The notes below the pieces were generated by a model. The model had not been told where the DNA came from, made no database searches, and worked only from the letters and a program-made list of their open reading frames with translations. 64,000 nt of DNA from Eledone cirrhosa (taxonomy: Eukaryota): NCBI GenBank assembly GCA_964016885.1, contig OZ024740.1:24800001-24864000 (forward strand). The letters run 5' to 3'. Made by a program: the position numbers and the translations under genes. Within the stretch, counting starts at the first letter, position 1; each line of letters starts with the position of its first letter. Below, piece by piece: positions 51,788 to 64,000 of the stretch.

Positions 51788-53185
51788 ATTATATAACTAG
51801 TGTGCATACATACACATACTGTAATTGTCGGTGAGTGAGGAGATGTGTTTTTCTTTTACGGATGCACTTTTGGATTGAGAAATGATTTGTAAGAGTTTTC
51901 ATGCCTAAGCGCCACGCACCCAGTGGGGCAAGTGAGCTGTGAAGGGAGAGCGTCTAACTGGATAGGGGCTGCCCAGCTTGAAGTGGGTGGTAGCTGTCCA
52001 GTGAGGCACAATCACCTTGTAAGAGAGAGCGGTACGTGGTATTAGAATGATCTTTCAGTTTAATTACAATGTTCAGTTGAGTTCGAAGACCTATGATCCT
52101 TCAATAGAAAGCTGAAATAGGCCTGAAAATGCCTTCATATTTCGTATTGTTGTTTCTATTATTGTTGTTGTAGTTGTTATTGTGAGTCTTCGGGTTGTCG
52201 TTGTTGTTGTTGTTGTTGTTGTCGCTATTCCTTTAAATATATTAATGTTGTCATTCTCGTTACTTTTCATTTGAGGTTATCAATTCAATTCTGTCCATGT
52301 TATTATTGTTATAAGGGTTTAGGATTTGCCTTCGTAACACTAGTACATACAATAGTAATAAAGCAGTTTCAAATATACAGTTAATACGATGTGGTGAATA
52401 AATTAATATAAATAAATAAATAAATATATATATGCAACCACGCAACACTCCATTTTTCTTATATTTATATTTTGTTCTCAGCTGCGACCTGGCTGTTTCT
52501 TTCTTACTGCTTCCTCTCTCTCTGTATCTCTCACCTTCTTTTTACCCACTTTCCCAGTCACACTCTCTCTCTCAGCTGGCCCCAACCTCACACTACCACT
52601 CACTTACTCTCTGCTTCTTCCCTCTCTCACTTCCTCCCGTTTAACCTGTGTGAAATCCTTTTCTCGGTCACATCTCACCCAGGTCGGATGGGCTATATCT
52701 CCCGTCCATGATTTCACCAAGCTTAAGCTTATAGATATCATGTACTTGCCTCTTCCTATCTTTCCGTTGCAATACCATCGTTGTTTGTTTACATTTCTCG
52801 CTCGCTCCACCCTATTTTACTTGTCCCAAAAACTTTATTTAGTTATTGCTCGCACCAACCAGAGGTATATGATTTTTAAAGCGATGAATTACCAATGAAG
52901 GTTGGAAGATCACTGATGAAGGACTAATTTTATTCATATGTAGCCCATGTGCAACCACGCAGCACTCCATTTCTCTCTCTCTCTCTCTCTATATTTATAT
53001 ATATATATATATATATGTCATTTCAGTTTCACCTGCTTTACGCCATATTTCAGTTGATTACGATAGTGGAGAGAATGGTGCAAAATATTATTGTATGACA
53101 TTCCAGCTCAAAATAATGTCCACGCTATAAAATTAGATTTATGAATTTATAAATGTACTATATCCTATTTCAAACTCGATATTCA

Positions 53186-53350
53186 GATTTTTCCACTTTC
53201 GCATTTTGGATATCAGGTGGACTGACTAGGTCACCAACAATTAAGTGCTCAACCGCGTCACGATAACCAGCATTAACATCTTTCTCAAACTGCATCGTAC
53301 GTCGGACGGAAGGATCCCAAAATATTTATAGTATGGGGGATTAACAACAC
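53186..53350 (+). pseudogene. Old RTE-like LINE ORF remnant
   Basis: IRWTD*VTNN*VLNR...SI and DGRIPKYL*YG resemble the post-RT region of RTE proteins. Confidence 0.55.
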
Positions 53351-53436
53351 ACCCAGGAGCTGGACAAATCGATGTATTGTCAAGGTGGAACACACTTCAA
53401 CAACATCTGTACCTGTCTTTTCCACACCAATTAGGA

Positions 53437-53489
53437 CTGCCTGAAGAGGTCACAGCCAATAATAGCTGTCACCGAAATATATATAGTAG
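53437..53489 (+). ncRNA. Minimal type I hammerhead ribozyme motif (same family as 49466-49521)
   Basis: ctgc-CTGAAGA-ggtcacagc...gctgtcacc-GAAA-tatata-TA-gtag. Confidence 0.75.
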
Positions 53490-53541
53490 AGAATTTATAA
53501 TATATAGTAAACGACGCCAAATTTTACATGTTTGACTTACT

Positions 53542-53600
<59 letters not shown>

Positions 53601-53876
53601 CATACAATACACGTTCCCACGGCTTCCATATCACCTTGGAATACTATCTTGACTACCGGCTAAACCCCGATCTAATCCGCCGTGACCACTCTCTGAACTT
53701 TCCCCACACCTTCCCACATTTACTCTCTTCCCACACACATTTCGCCTGAAGAAGAGCTTATGCCCGAAACCTCGTTCCCCACCATCACCCCACTCGCAAG
53801 AGCGTGAAACTAATAAACCTTTGTTCGTACTGCCTTTCTGTTTTGTTCCCGTTTCACTTTACACTATATATGTATG

Positions 53877-53945
<69 letters not shown>

Positions 53946-53966
53946 TATCCCTATATATACATATAT

Positions 53967-54024
<58 letters not shown>

Positions 54025-54130
54025 TTTTATCTTGTATTTTCCGTTTGTTTCACAGTTTAAATCCGTCAATCCAACATGGTCTTTCAACTCTTGTAATTTT
54101 AAACACACTATTTACTGTGTTTATTTCTAA

Positions 54131-54172
<42 letters not shown>

Positions 54173-54334
54173 GTCTATGGTTGTATATATTTATATATAT
54201 ATATTATCCTTATCGAGCCCACTTCGGATTTTCGTCTTCATATTTATTATTATTACTATATATATATATATATATATATATGTAAGTATGTGTGTATACG
54301 TACATACATATATGTATACAGACGTACAGTACCA

Positions 54335-54390
<56 letters not shown>

Positions 54391-54542
54391 CAGGTACACA
54401 TACATATATGCACGTATCAGTTTAGCGGACGCTTATTATAACGCCGCTTTGTTCGTTTGTAAACAAACTGAACAGCCTGAATTGTTATGCCGTACGGTGT
54501 TAAGGCAACCACGTCAAGTTTTTGTTCAATACTGTCACAGGA

Positions 54543-54585
54543 ACGATGTACTAGTTTCAAGCTTGTTAGCTATCATCAGCACCGT
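54543..54585 (-). ncRNA. Minimal hammerhead ribozyme motif (left arm)
   Basis: Exact reverse complement of 54920-54962. Confidence 0.75.
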
Positions 54586-54919
54586 ATACCCATCTGCCAG
54601 ATAGTTGACCGTTCGAAAGCATATACTTTCCTTATGAAAATTAACGGCTGGGCAGCCTAATTTGCATATCGAGTGAGCTAAGTCGGTCAGGCATACCGAA
54701 AACGATATATGTATGTACGGATACACACATACTTACATTTAAGTAAGTGCCGAACTAAGACTGAGAAATGAAATTTCGTTTTCATTTTATTTCAACTTAT
54801 CGTTTTCGGTATGCCTGACCGACTTAGCTCACTCGATATGCAAATTAGGTTGCTCAGCCGTTAATTTTCATAAGGAAAGTATATGCTTTCGAACGTTCAA
54901 CTATCTGGCAGATGGGTAT

Positions 54920-54962
54920 ACGGTGCTGATGATAGCTAACAAGCTTGAAACTAGTACATCGT
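54920..54962 (+). ncRNA. Minimal hammerhead ribozyme motif (right arm)
   Basis: acggtg-CTGATGA-t-agct-aaca-agct-t-GAAA-CTAG-TA-catcgt; palindromic ACTAGT stem III. Confidence 0.75.
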
Positions 54963-55118
54963 TCCTGTATCAGTGTTGAACAAAAAGGTGACGTGGTTGC
55001 CTTAACACCATACGGCATAAAAATTCAGGCTGTTCAGTTTGTTTACAAACGAACAAAGCGGCGTTATAATAAGCGTCCGCTAAACTGATACGTGCATATA
55101 TGTATGTGTACCTGTATG

Positions 55119-55204
<86 letters not shown>

Positions 55205-55387
55205 CATACATTTATATATATATATATATATATTAAATTGTTAAACAATATTCAATGATAATGTCAAAGAATGAGTTTTACAGTAGATTGGAAGCACTCA
55301 ACGGTCAAATAATTTTCTGGAGTTAGTTATATTAAAATATAAATATTAATAAAATACATTTAACATCTCAGGGTACATCATGTAACA

Positions 55388-55449
55388 TTATATTTTGTCT
55401 GATGAGGACGCACTGTTGTACATCCGAAATATGTATGATAAAATGTAAT
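55388..55449 (+). ncRNA. Hammerhead-like motif in a solo PLE terminus related to 4200-4345
   Basis: ttatattttgt-CTGATGA-gga...tcc-GAAA-TATG-TA-tg-ataaaatgtaa, followed by (TA)n. Confidence 0.6.
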
Positions 55450-55486
55450 TGATCAAAAGAACATCTATTTTATTCATACTTATATT

Positions 55487-55619
<133 letters not shown>

Positions 55620-55641
55620 CATACATATATATATGTATACA

Positions 55642-55764
<123 letters not shown>

Positions 55765-55933
55765 GTGAATTAGAGCATAGTGGCAACATTCGATAGTTAA
55801 TGAAATGAATTGATATGCCTATAATAGGGTGATATGATTCTAGCAGAATATAATTGTTCTAGATTCAGCCTTGATCTTATATCAAAGTATTCCTGGAACC
55901 AGAGATATGATGCTTTATACATACATTATGCGC

Positions 55934-55990
<57 letters not shown>

Positions 55991-56069
55991 TGTATATATA
56001 TCGGTCTCTCTCTCTCGAACTTTTAAGTCATTTATATATATAGCGAGAGAGAAAGTGAAAGAGAGATTG

Positions 56070-56115
<46 letters not shown>

Positions 56116-56559
56116 TTGCGTGTGTGTGTGTCTGTGTGTGTGTCTGTGTGTGTGTTTGTGTGTGTGGTGGGGGGTGCTTGTGTGTGTGAGTATCTAGTTT
56201 ATATGTTTGTGGTGGTGCTGGTGCATATATTGCCACCACTCACCCCTCCACCTCCGCTTATGTATCCATCTGTATTTGTCAGCATCTTCCTTTACTGTCC
56301 TCTACCAATCACTGTCCTGAACATCAGGCCCACCAGAACCACTATCAACATCCGTACCTCCACTGCCAGCATCCTCTCCCTAGTATCACATCCCCAGCCT
56401 CACCTCCCCACCCACTTCCTCTACCACTACCATCACTGCTCTATTTTTCCCATTTCTCTATTACCATCCCACCTCCATCTCCACAACAATCACCCTTCAT
56501 AAAGAACACAGATATATTGCAGTAATACAAGCAACAACACCATTAAAATCAGTAAAAGT

Positions 56560-57305
56560 ACCGCCACCACCACCAACTCCACCACCATCACAGTCCCCAC
56601 CATCACAACCACCACCATCACAGCCACCACTACCACAACCACCACCATCACAACCATCACCATCACCACCACCATTACAGCCACCACCACCACCACTACC
56701 ACCACAACCATCACACCCATCATCAACAATGCCACCACCACCACCACCATCAGAGCGACCACCACCATCACACCCACCGCCATCACACCCAACGCCACCA
56801 TCACCTTCATACCCAACACCACCTCCACCACCACCACCACCACCACCACACCCACCACCACCACCACAGTCACCACCACCAACGCCACACACTTGTACAT
56901 ACCACAAGGAACAGTTATGTCTAATATACATATACATCATTTTAAGCTCACATTTAGCAACAGTAAGCGTCTCTGTAAGACACTAACCCCAACAACACCT
57001 CACCGCACTACCGCCACCACCCCACCACCACTACCAACCACACCCAACCCAACAACCACCACCAAACCAACATCATCAACGACACCATCACCACCTCCCC
57101 GACCAAAACCATCCATAATATCACGACCACCATCACCACCGCCACAACCACCACCCCCACTTCTACCACCAACACCAACAATAATATCACCACCACCCCC
57201 ACCTCCAACACCAGCCATAATATCACGACCACCAAACCAACATCACCACCAGCTCCACCACCAACACCAACAATAATATCATCACCACCACCATTATTAT
57301 CATCA
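56560..57305. repeat. Degenerate (CAC/CAT/CAA)n low-complexity region
   Basis: Direct inspection. Confidence 0.9.
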
Positions 57306-57695
57306 ACACTATCTCCATTATTTAGCAATATAAATCTCATTAATTGCTATACAAACATGAATTCCTTTGTCTGTCTGTATGTCCCGACCGCCACTTAAAG
57401 TCTTTTTCAGTCAACACTTTTCTTTGGTGAGGCTCACTCAATTAAAAACGTATTCACACACACACACATACACACACATACGCACACACACACATATACA
57501 CACACACACACATGGACACATACATCAGTCGATCTTTATCACTCATATATATATATATAGCTAAACGTAAAGGCTCTCTCTGTTCACGAATAAAAATGTG
57601 TTTTGTTTCTAGAAAGTTCCCCTCCGAGATACAATCACAAGCAAGGTGTTTTTGAGAAACACTAGCATATTCGTATATATATTTTTTTTAATATA

Positions 57696-57917
<222 letters not shown>

Positions 57918-58310
57918 ATACATTAACAGAGAAAGCTATTAGCGATACTCCGACCATATATATATATATATTTAGGTTTGAGGGTTCACCACTGTCAATT
58001 CCATGTCGTCAATATTGATGTAATAATATGGAGAGTACTCAACGTAAAGCAGCTCAACCATCTTTGTTTGTGTAGTTGGTGGTGCGAGTACGGAGTTAAC
58101 AATTATAATAAAATAACAGGAGGCTGGACTTGTGTAAATCCTTGAAAGGTTTATTATTGAGGACGACCGGCTGAAGTGGAAGATGCTAGATGTTCGGGCG
58201 TCCTCGGGTCTATGATTTTCAGCCCCATGGATTTTATCTGTTACATTCATTTATTATATTTCGAATACCTGATGATATCACCGGATTCATACGGAACCCG
58301 GTCATTGAAA

Positions 58311-58355
<45 letters not shown>

Positions 58356-59027
58356 AGTACAGCATTGACGAAGCTTTAGAATACGGCCAATCTAGCGGAT
58401 ATGCATAATCGGTCTGTAGATTGAGCACTCAGATGAGGAAAGACCCCAGAGTAATAACATTACGTTCAGACAGCTTAGCAAATCAGATATAGCGGTCGGC
58501 AGTCCAGCCGCATCATTAGAGCAACGAAAATACAGGACCCAGGAAAAGATGTTATACTGACCCGGACATAGCGGTGAGGCTGTGCGCAAAATATATAATT
58601 TACATCGTATATCAACAATATACATCACATATAGCATCCAACATCACCGCTAAGTGTCTGCAAATCCAAGATCGCCAAATTCCTATTGCAGGATTCTGCA
58701 ATATAATGGTTTTTGACGACAGAACATAGGATTTACTTCTTCATATATATATATACTATATATATATATACTATAAGTATAATGAACAAGGATTAAGTGT
58801 TGCATAATTACATATTTAATAACATATTACATATGTTTCACTATCGATCAGCTAGAAGCAAGGCCTATTATAGATCGAACCTGACTCTGTAATCGAAAGA
58901 TCATCAGATATGCTTGCTATATGAAATTGGCTACTATTCTATGTGTTAAAATCTGAAGTTATTAGCTATCTACAGCACACACACGCATGCACACACACAC
59001 GCACATACACACACACATATCATTATA

Positions 59028-59091
<64 letters not shown>

Positions 59092-59109
59092 TACATATAC
59101 AGACAAACG

Positions 59110-59171
<62 letters not shown>

Positions 59172-59578
59172 TATACACAGACACATATTTATGTATGTAT
59201 ACACACACACATATATATATTCAGACTTTTTGTTGAAGCTACCGGTTTTTCTAAATATATGTATTCAATGAAATTCAATGCAGGTGACCCCCCCCCCCCC
59301 CTTGACATCCAACATTTTCTGTTATGGGTTTGGTCATGTCAGTGGTTTATTCGTACTCACCACACATGACCAGTTGTGGTTGGTGAGGCTATTTAACCCA
59401 TAGCAGAAATATATGCACATACGTCGCGATAGGTGAAAGGAACAAGTGTCTTGCTCAAGGACATAACACATCGCCCGGTCCAGGAGTTGCGACCGATAGA
59501 TAGTACTAGCAACTGGAAAGACAAACGGAAGCATTATTTCCTCGGCCCGATTCGACAAAAGTCGATCGGTTCAATGTA

Positions 59579-59790
59579 GGCGCGTGGCTGATTGGTTAGA
59601 GAACTGGATTCACAATCGTGAGGTTGTGAGATCGAGACCTGGACCGAGCGATGCGTTATGTCCTTGAGCAAGACATTTTATTTCACGTTGCTCCTTCTAC
59701 CTGGAGTTGCGACCGATCTGTAGTATTAGCAATGGGAATGACCCGTTGGAAACATTGTTTCCTCGGTCCGATTTGACGAATGTCGATCGA
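59579..59790 (+). mobile_element. Second tRNA-derived SINE family, with an inverted partial copy at ~59420-59484 and a duplicated segment at ~59483-59570
   Basis: Head ggcgcgtggctgattggttag...gagatcgagacc, then tgtccttgagcaagaca. Confidence 0.7.
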
Positions 59791-59912
59791 CTGACGATAC
59801 GTCGAGAGACAAGCGGATGGAGACAGGAAAACACACGTACAGACAATAGGAAACACTTCAATAAGCATATTTCCATATACAAACACGTATATACCTTATA
59901 TACATACGTTTG

Positions 59913-59985
<73 letters not shown>

Positions 59986-60225
59986 ACTCTACTACCCTAA
60001 GTATTGAGTACTCTGGTGCGTTATGGTCGATCTGGTTCCTTACCACAATTCCTTTCTTATATATATATATATATGTGTGTGTGTGTGCGTGTGTGTGTGT
60101 GTGTGAGTGAGTGTGTGTGCGTGCGTGAATGTATGTATGCATAAATAATTAGTATACAATAATATTTACATACATATATACATGCATAGATCTATTTATC
60201 TATCTATGTATCTATCTCTATCTCC

Positions 60226-60257
<32 letters not shown>

Positions 60258-61042
60258 GTATATATATTTATATACACATATTTAAGACCACTTAGTACAC
60301 ACACACACATGCATACATATATATATATATATATGTTCGTGTGTGTGAGGGTATATGTGTACATATATACATAGCTGCACACATGCGCAGGAAATAATTA
60401 CATGCATACACAGATCATATACCTATACATATAGAATCATATATACACACACATATTGAAATGCACATGGAGCACACATATCTAAGCAGTTAATTGCCGG
60501 CACCATACATATAATTACTATGGTGCTTTACATGCCACGAAGATATTCTACGATGCTGAAAAACCACCGATGTGGTTTGGAATTCACAATTTCCAGATGT
60601 GTCTTGCAAATAATACAATTATATTCACCGTTTAGAAACTTTACCTCCACATACACGTACACATGATCTCAAAATACAAGGTCTCGTGTGTACAGACACA
60701 CAGAAAAGCTCAAACAAATTCGCATACACATATACATATCTAAGTATACACACATACATATATACATATATAAGTATACACACATTCACAGATATGCAAC
60801 ACAGATTGTATGGTCCGCCACTGACATCGGTGTAGGGTTACAACAATAAATTTGTTGAGACATTTTTATACAGTAGTCGGAGAGCGTCCTTTATTATAGA
60901 AACACTATATTTACAAACGTGCGCACTGCTATTTCGTATAAAATATGCAATATATACATACATACATCTATACATATATACATAAATACGTCTATACATC
61001 TATGTATTTATTTGTATATATACATATTTGTATATATATATA

Positions 61043-61155
<113 letters not shown>

Positions 61156-61274
61156 ATACTTGGGGAGGGTCATATTTGTGTAATATTGCCAGAATGAATA
61201 ACAGAACACACTCACTGTTTGGTTGGTTTTCGCTTTTCGCTTCTGTGTCTTTTATATCGGTAATCTAATATAAT

Positions 61275-61459
61275 TGTTTCTACGTTAGGCACAAGGCCAG
61301 CAAATTACCCAGTGCATTACTCGTACTTTATTTTATCGACCCCGTAAGGATGAAAGGCAAAGTCAACTTCGGCGGGATTTGAACTCAGATCGTAAAGGGA
61401 CGTAACTAGGCTGGAAAGCATGGGGTCCGACCCTCTACCGATACTGCCAATCCACACCC
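61275..61459 (-). mobile_element. Full-length Nin-domain SINE
   Basis: 14-bp TSD taatctaatataat at 61261-61274 and 61460-61473. Confidence 0.92.
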
Positions 61460-61499
61460 TAATCTAATATAATATAATATACTCGGTCCTCAATGTTGC

Positions 61500-64000
61500 C
61501 ATTAACTGACCGACGGTCAAAAATAATACAGATACAATATAGACACAAACACATATATATAGTTTATCAAAAATCTTTCGTTGCACATCTGCAACATCGT
61601 CAGTGGTTCTATTGTTTCCTCCTGTTGAATTGTATGGCTACGCCATTTTTATTCAGTCTGTCTATATATTTATTTATTTATTTGCTTGTTTGTTTATTTA
61701 TTTTGTCTTCTTTGCGCATGCGTTTGCGTGTGTGTATAGTGTTTTGTTTGATGTGTGATGTGTCTTCGTGATTGGGTGACTAATGTGTGTTTATGTGTTT
61801 GTTGTTATTGTGCTTGTGTATGTATTTATTTATTTATTTATTTTATTTTATTTTATTTACTTATTTATACTTCTCTTAGGTCAGTGTTGTTTGTTTGGGT
61901 GTTGTTGTTATTCCATTCATTCTTTCTGTTTAGTCTTGGTCTTCTAATTTCTGTTTCACTGGCCTCTCTGATTTGCCTATCTGCTGGGTCATTTCTATGT
62001 TTAGATATTATTCTAATTTCTATGTTGTCTATGTTACCGTCATGTTGTTGTCTGGCATGTTTGTATAGCACTGACCCATTTTTTCGTCCTTTTAGTTCCT
62101 CCCAGTGTTGGTCTATCCTTTCACCTATGCTACGAGCTGTCTCGCCTATGTATGTTGTTGTCATGTTTCTGCAATTACCCTCTGTACATCTTATGCTATA
62201 GACTACGTTTCTAGTTTTACAGTTTATCCGGGGGTTTACCTTACATATGATACATTTCCTATTAGTACAGTGGGTTTTCTTAAAAGGGTAGGTTTTGCTG
62301 ATCAGGGATTTTATGGTGGTTCCTGGCTTTTCTACCACCTTAATTTTTAAGTGGGTCTTTCTCAGGGCCTTTCTACACTGGTTAGCTAATTTCCCTCCAG
62401 GGGTAGCGTCCACAAACATGACACTCTGGTATCTCTGGTTGTCATACCATGAGGTGGCTTTCCCTATCTTATGTCTAGCCCTATCTAAGCTATTCCATGA
62501 TTTTCTCCTGTATAATGGGCAAATTCCTTTCATGTCCAGTTCTATGAGGGTCTTATACTTCTCCATGGCTCCTTCGTATACTCTGACTCTGTCTTTTTGG
62601 TTGTAGCCAGAGAACTGCATGCGGTTGATGAAGTGTTTGATGTGTCTTTCCATTTCTGTTGGGTCGCACATGCGGGACACATTCTTCATCACTCGTATCA
62701 AATCTGCGATCAGAATATTAAACTTAGCACTACTGGACATTGCTGAGTTTTTGAGTATCAGGTATTTGGAGGCCATGGGTTTAGCATAGTGTGAGTGGAG
62801 AATTTGGGCTCTCTCGTCTATAGCATTAATCCAGAGTTCTGTGTCTAATACAGGTAGTCTATTGTTAGGGTGTTTGGAAGGGAAGTCGATAGTTACAGTT
62901 ATACTCTGGTGTATGGAATTAGCTATCTGCTGGATGCTTTCCATTGTGCTACGTTCTAAATCAAACTTGTTAGTGCTCTCTAGTGGGGATGTTCTTATAA
63001 CTATATTGATATCGTCTACATAACGAGAGAACATGATGAGGTCTATGGAGCTCTCATTAAGGAGATCTTTAAGTCTCCTTTCCCACCATACCATGAAAAG
63101 GTTGGCAACATCACCAGTTATGATGACGCCAATGGCTGCTCCTTCATTTTGGGTGTAGATCTTCTCGTTGAATTTAAATATGTGGCCCTTGAGGGTAGTT
63201 TTGATACTAGCCTCTATTGCATGTGCGACAATTTTTCTTACCTGATCATTGTTTTGTGGGGTCCGTATAGCTTTGGTCCACCCAATCCACCTTCCCATGG
63301 GAGTCTTTTTTGCCATTGAGGTTATGGTGGGGGGGGGGGGGTCTACCTCTTATTGGTCTACTAGGGCAGAAACGTCTAAGGTCATGGCTGTCTAGGTAGT
63401 CAGTGTCGTAGGTAAGTCTAAGTAGGAGGCCCAGTTCGTCTGTGTCGACGTCGCAGAACTCCACCTCACTCTCAATGATCATCTCCACACATTTTTTCAC
63501 AGCAAAATCAATGTTAATGGATGAGTACAGTGACACTACATCCATGCTGCCTATTATGCAGTTGGATAGGTTCCTGTTTTTGTTGCACTCACTGACTCTG
63601 CTGAGGAGGTCCTCTGTACTGTCACATACATCCGGGGACATCTTGATTATGGGGCGTATAAAATATAGAGAGGAAGTAGGAGATCCTCTAGTAACTAGCT
63701 ATATTAGTTCCGCATACGGGTCTTGTTGGTGGTCCCGTTGTCGGGCCGTCGACTGTCTTGTGGTCTTTGCGGAGCCCATACAAGGGTGGTATGCCATTGT
63801 TAGACGCCTGGAAGTTGTTGACAGTGCGTCTGCTTGGCTTTAGGATATCAGTCCACATCATCATGTGAGCGTTGAGGATTTTCTCTCTCACATCGTGTGT
63901 TTGTTGTGCAATTTCGCTCGTGTTGGTGATGTGGGGTTGCATAGCCTTGATGTAGTTCGGCATGCTATCTATTGACATCCTACCAGACTTATCCGTGGGT
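61500..64000 (-). mobile_element. Penelope-like element (RT plus C-terminal GIY-YIG), frameshifted, continuing beyond the window
   Basis: ORFs 63688-63978 (PPLYGLRKDHK), 63246-63641 (SMDVVSLY) and 61865-63316 (RYVDD; Cys-rich linker; NVVYSIRC...YIGETARSIGERIDQH). Confidence 0.92.
61566..61607 (-). ncRNA. Hammerhead-like motif in the 3' region of the PLE
   Basis: CTGACGA-t-gttgca-gatg-tgcaac-GAAA-gatt-TT; perfect stem II, weak stem I. Confidence 0.6.

Larger units (their letters stand above)
54387..55118. mobile_element. Fold-back element: two ~320-bp inverted arms and a 90-bp spacer, embedded in (TA)n
   Basis: 54387-54707 is the near-identical inverse of 54798-55118; each arm carries an HHR. 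Confidence 0.88.

Overview
AT-rich, microsatellite-dense eukaryotic DNA, almost entirely repeats. The SINE types and repeat landscape suggest an octopod cephalopod (inference). No host gene is identified with confidence; there is one plausible exon at about 45.3 kb. The centre (14.1-43.1 kb) is a nested array of non-LTR retrotransposons sitting in (TTA/TAA)n: two Tx1-clade families (called A and B here; APE-RT) and three R4/Dong-clade copies (RT plus restriction-like endonuclease), in strictly opposite polarity. The flanks hold decayed Penelope-like elements (PLEs) with GIY-YIG remnants, many fold-back termini carrying hammerhead-ribozyme (HHR) motifs, tRNA/Nin-domain SINEs, an Hsmar2-like mariner derivative and a bipartite RTE derivative. 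Main observations: (1) Tx1-A, Tx1-B and the SINE share a 3' stem-loop with a CUUGU loop and different, fully paired stems, suggesting a Tx1-driven SINE; (2) a ~20.7-kb block appears inserted in one Tx1 copy, with twin-priming-like inversion geometry; (3) a 52-nt GT-AG segment, if spliced, would fuse Tx1 ORF1 to ORF2 in frame. All alignments and folds were done by eye, so boundaries are approximate.
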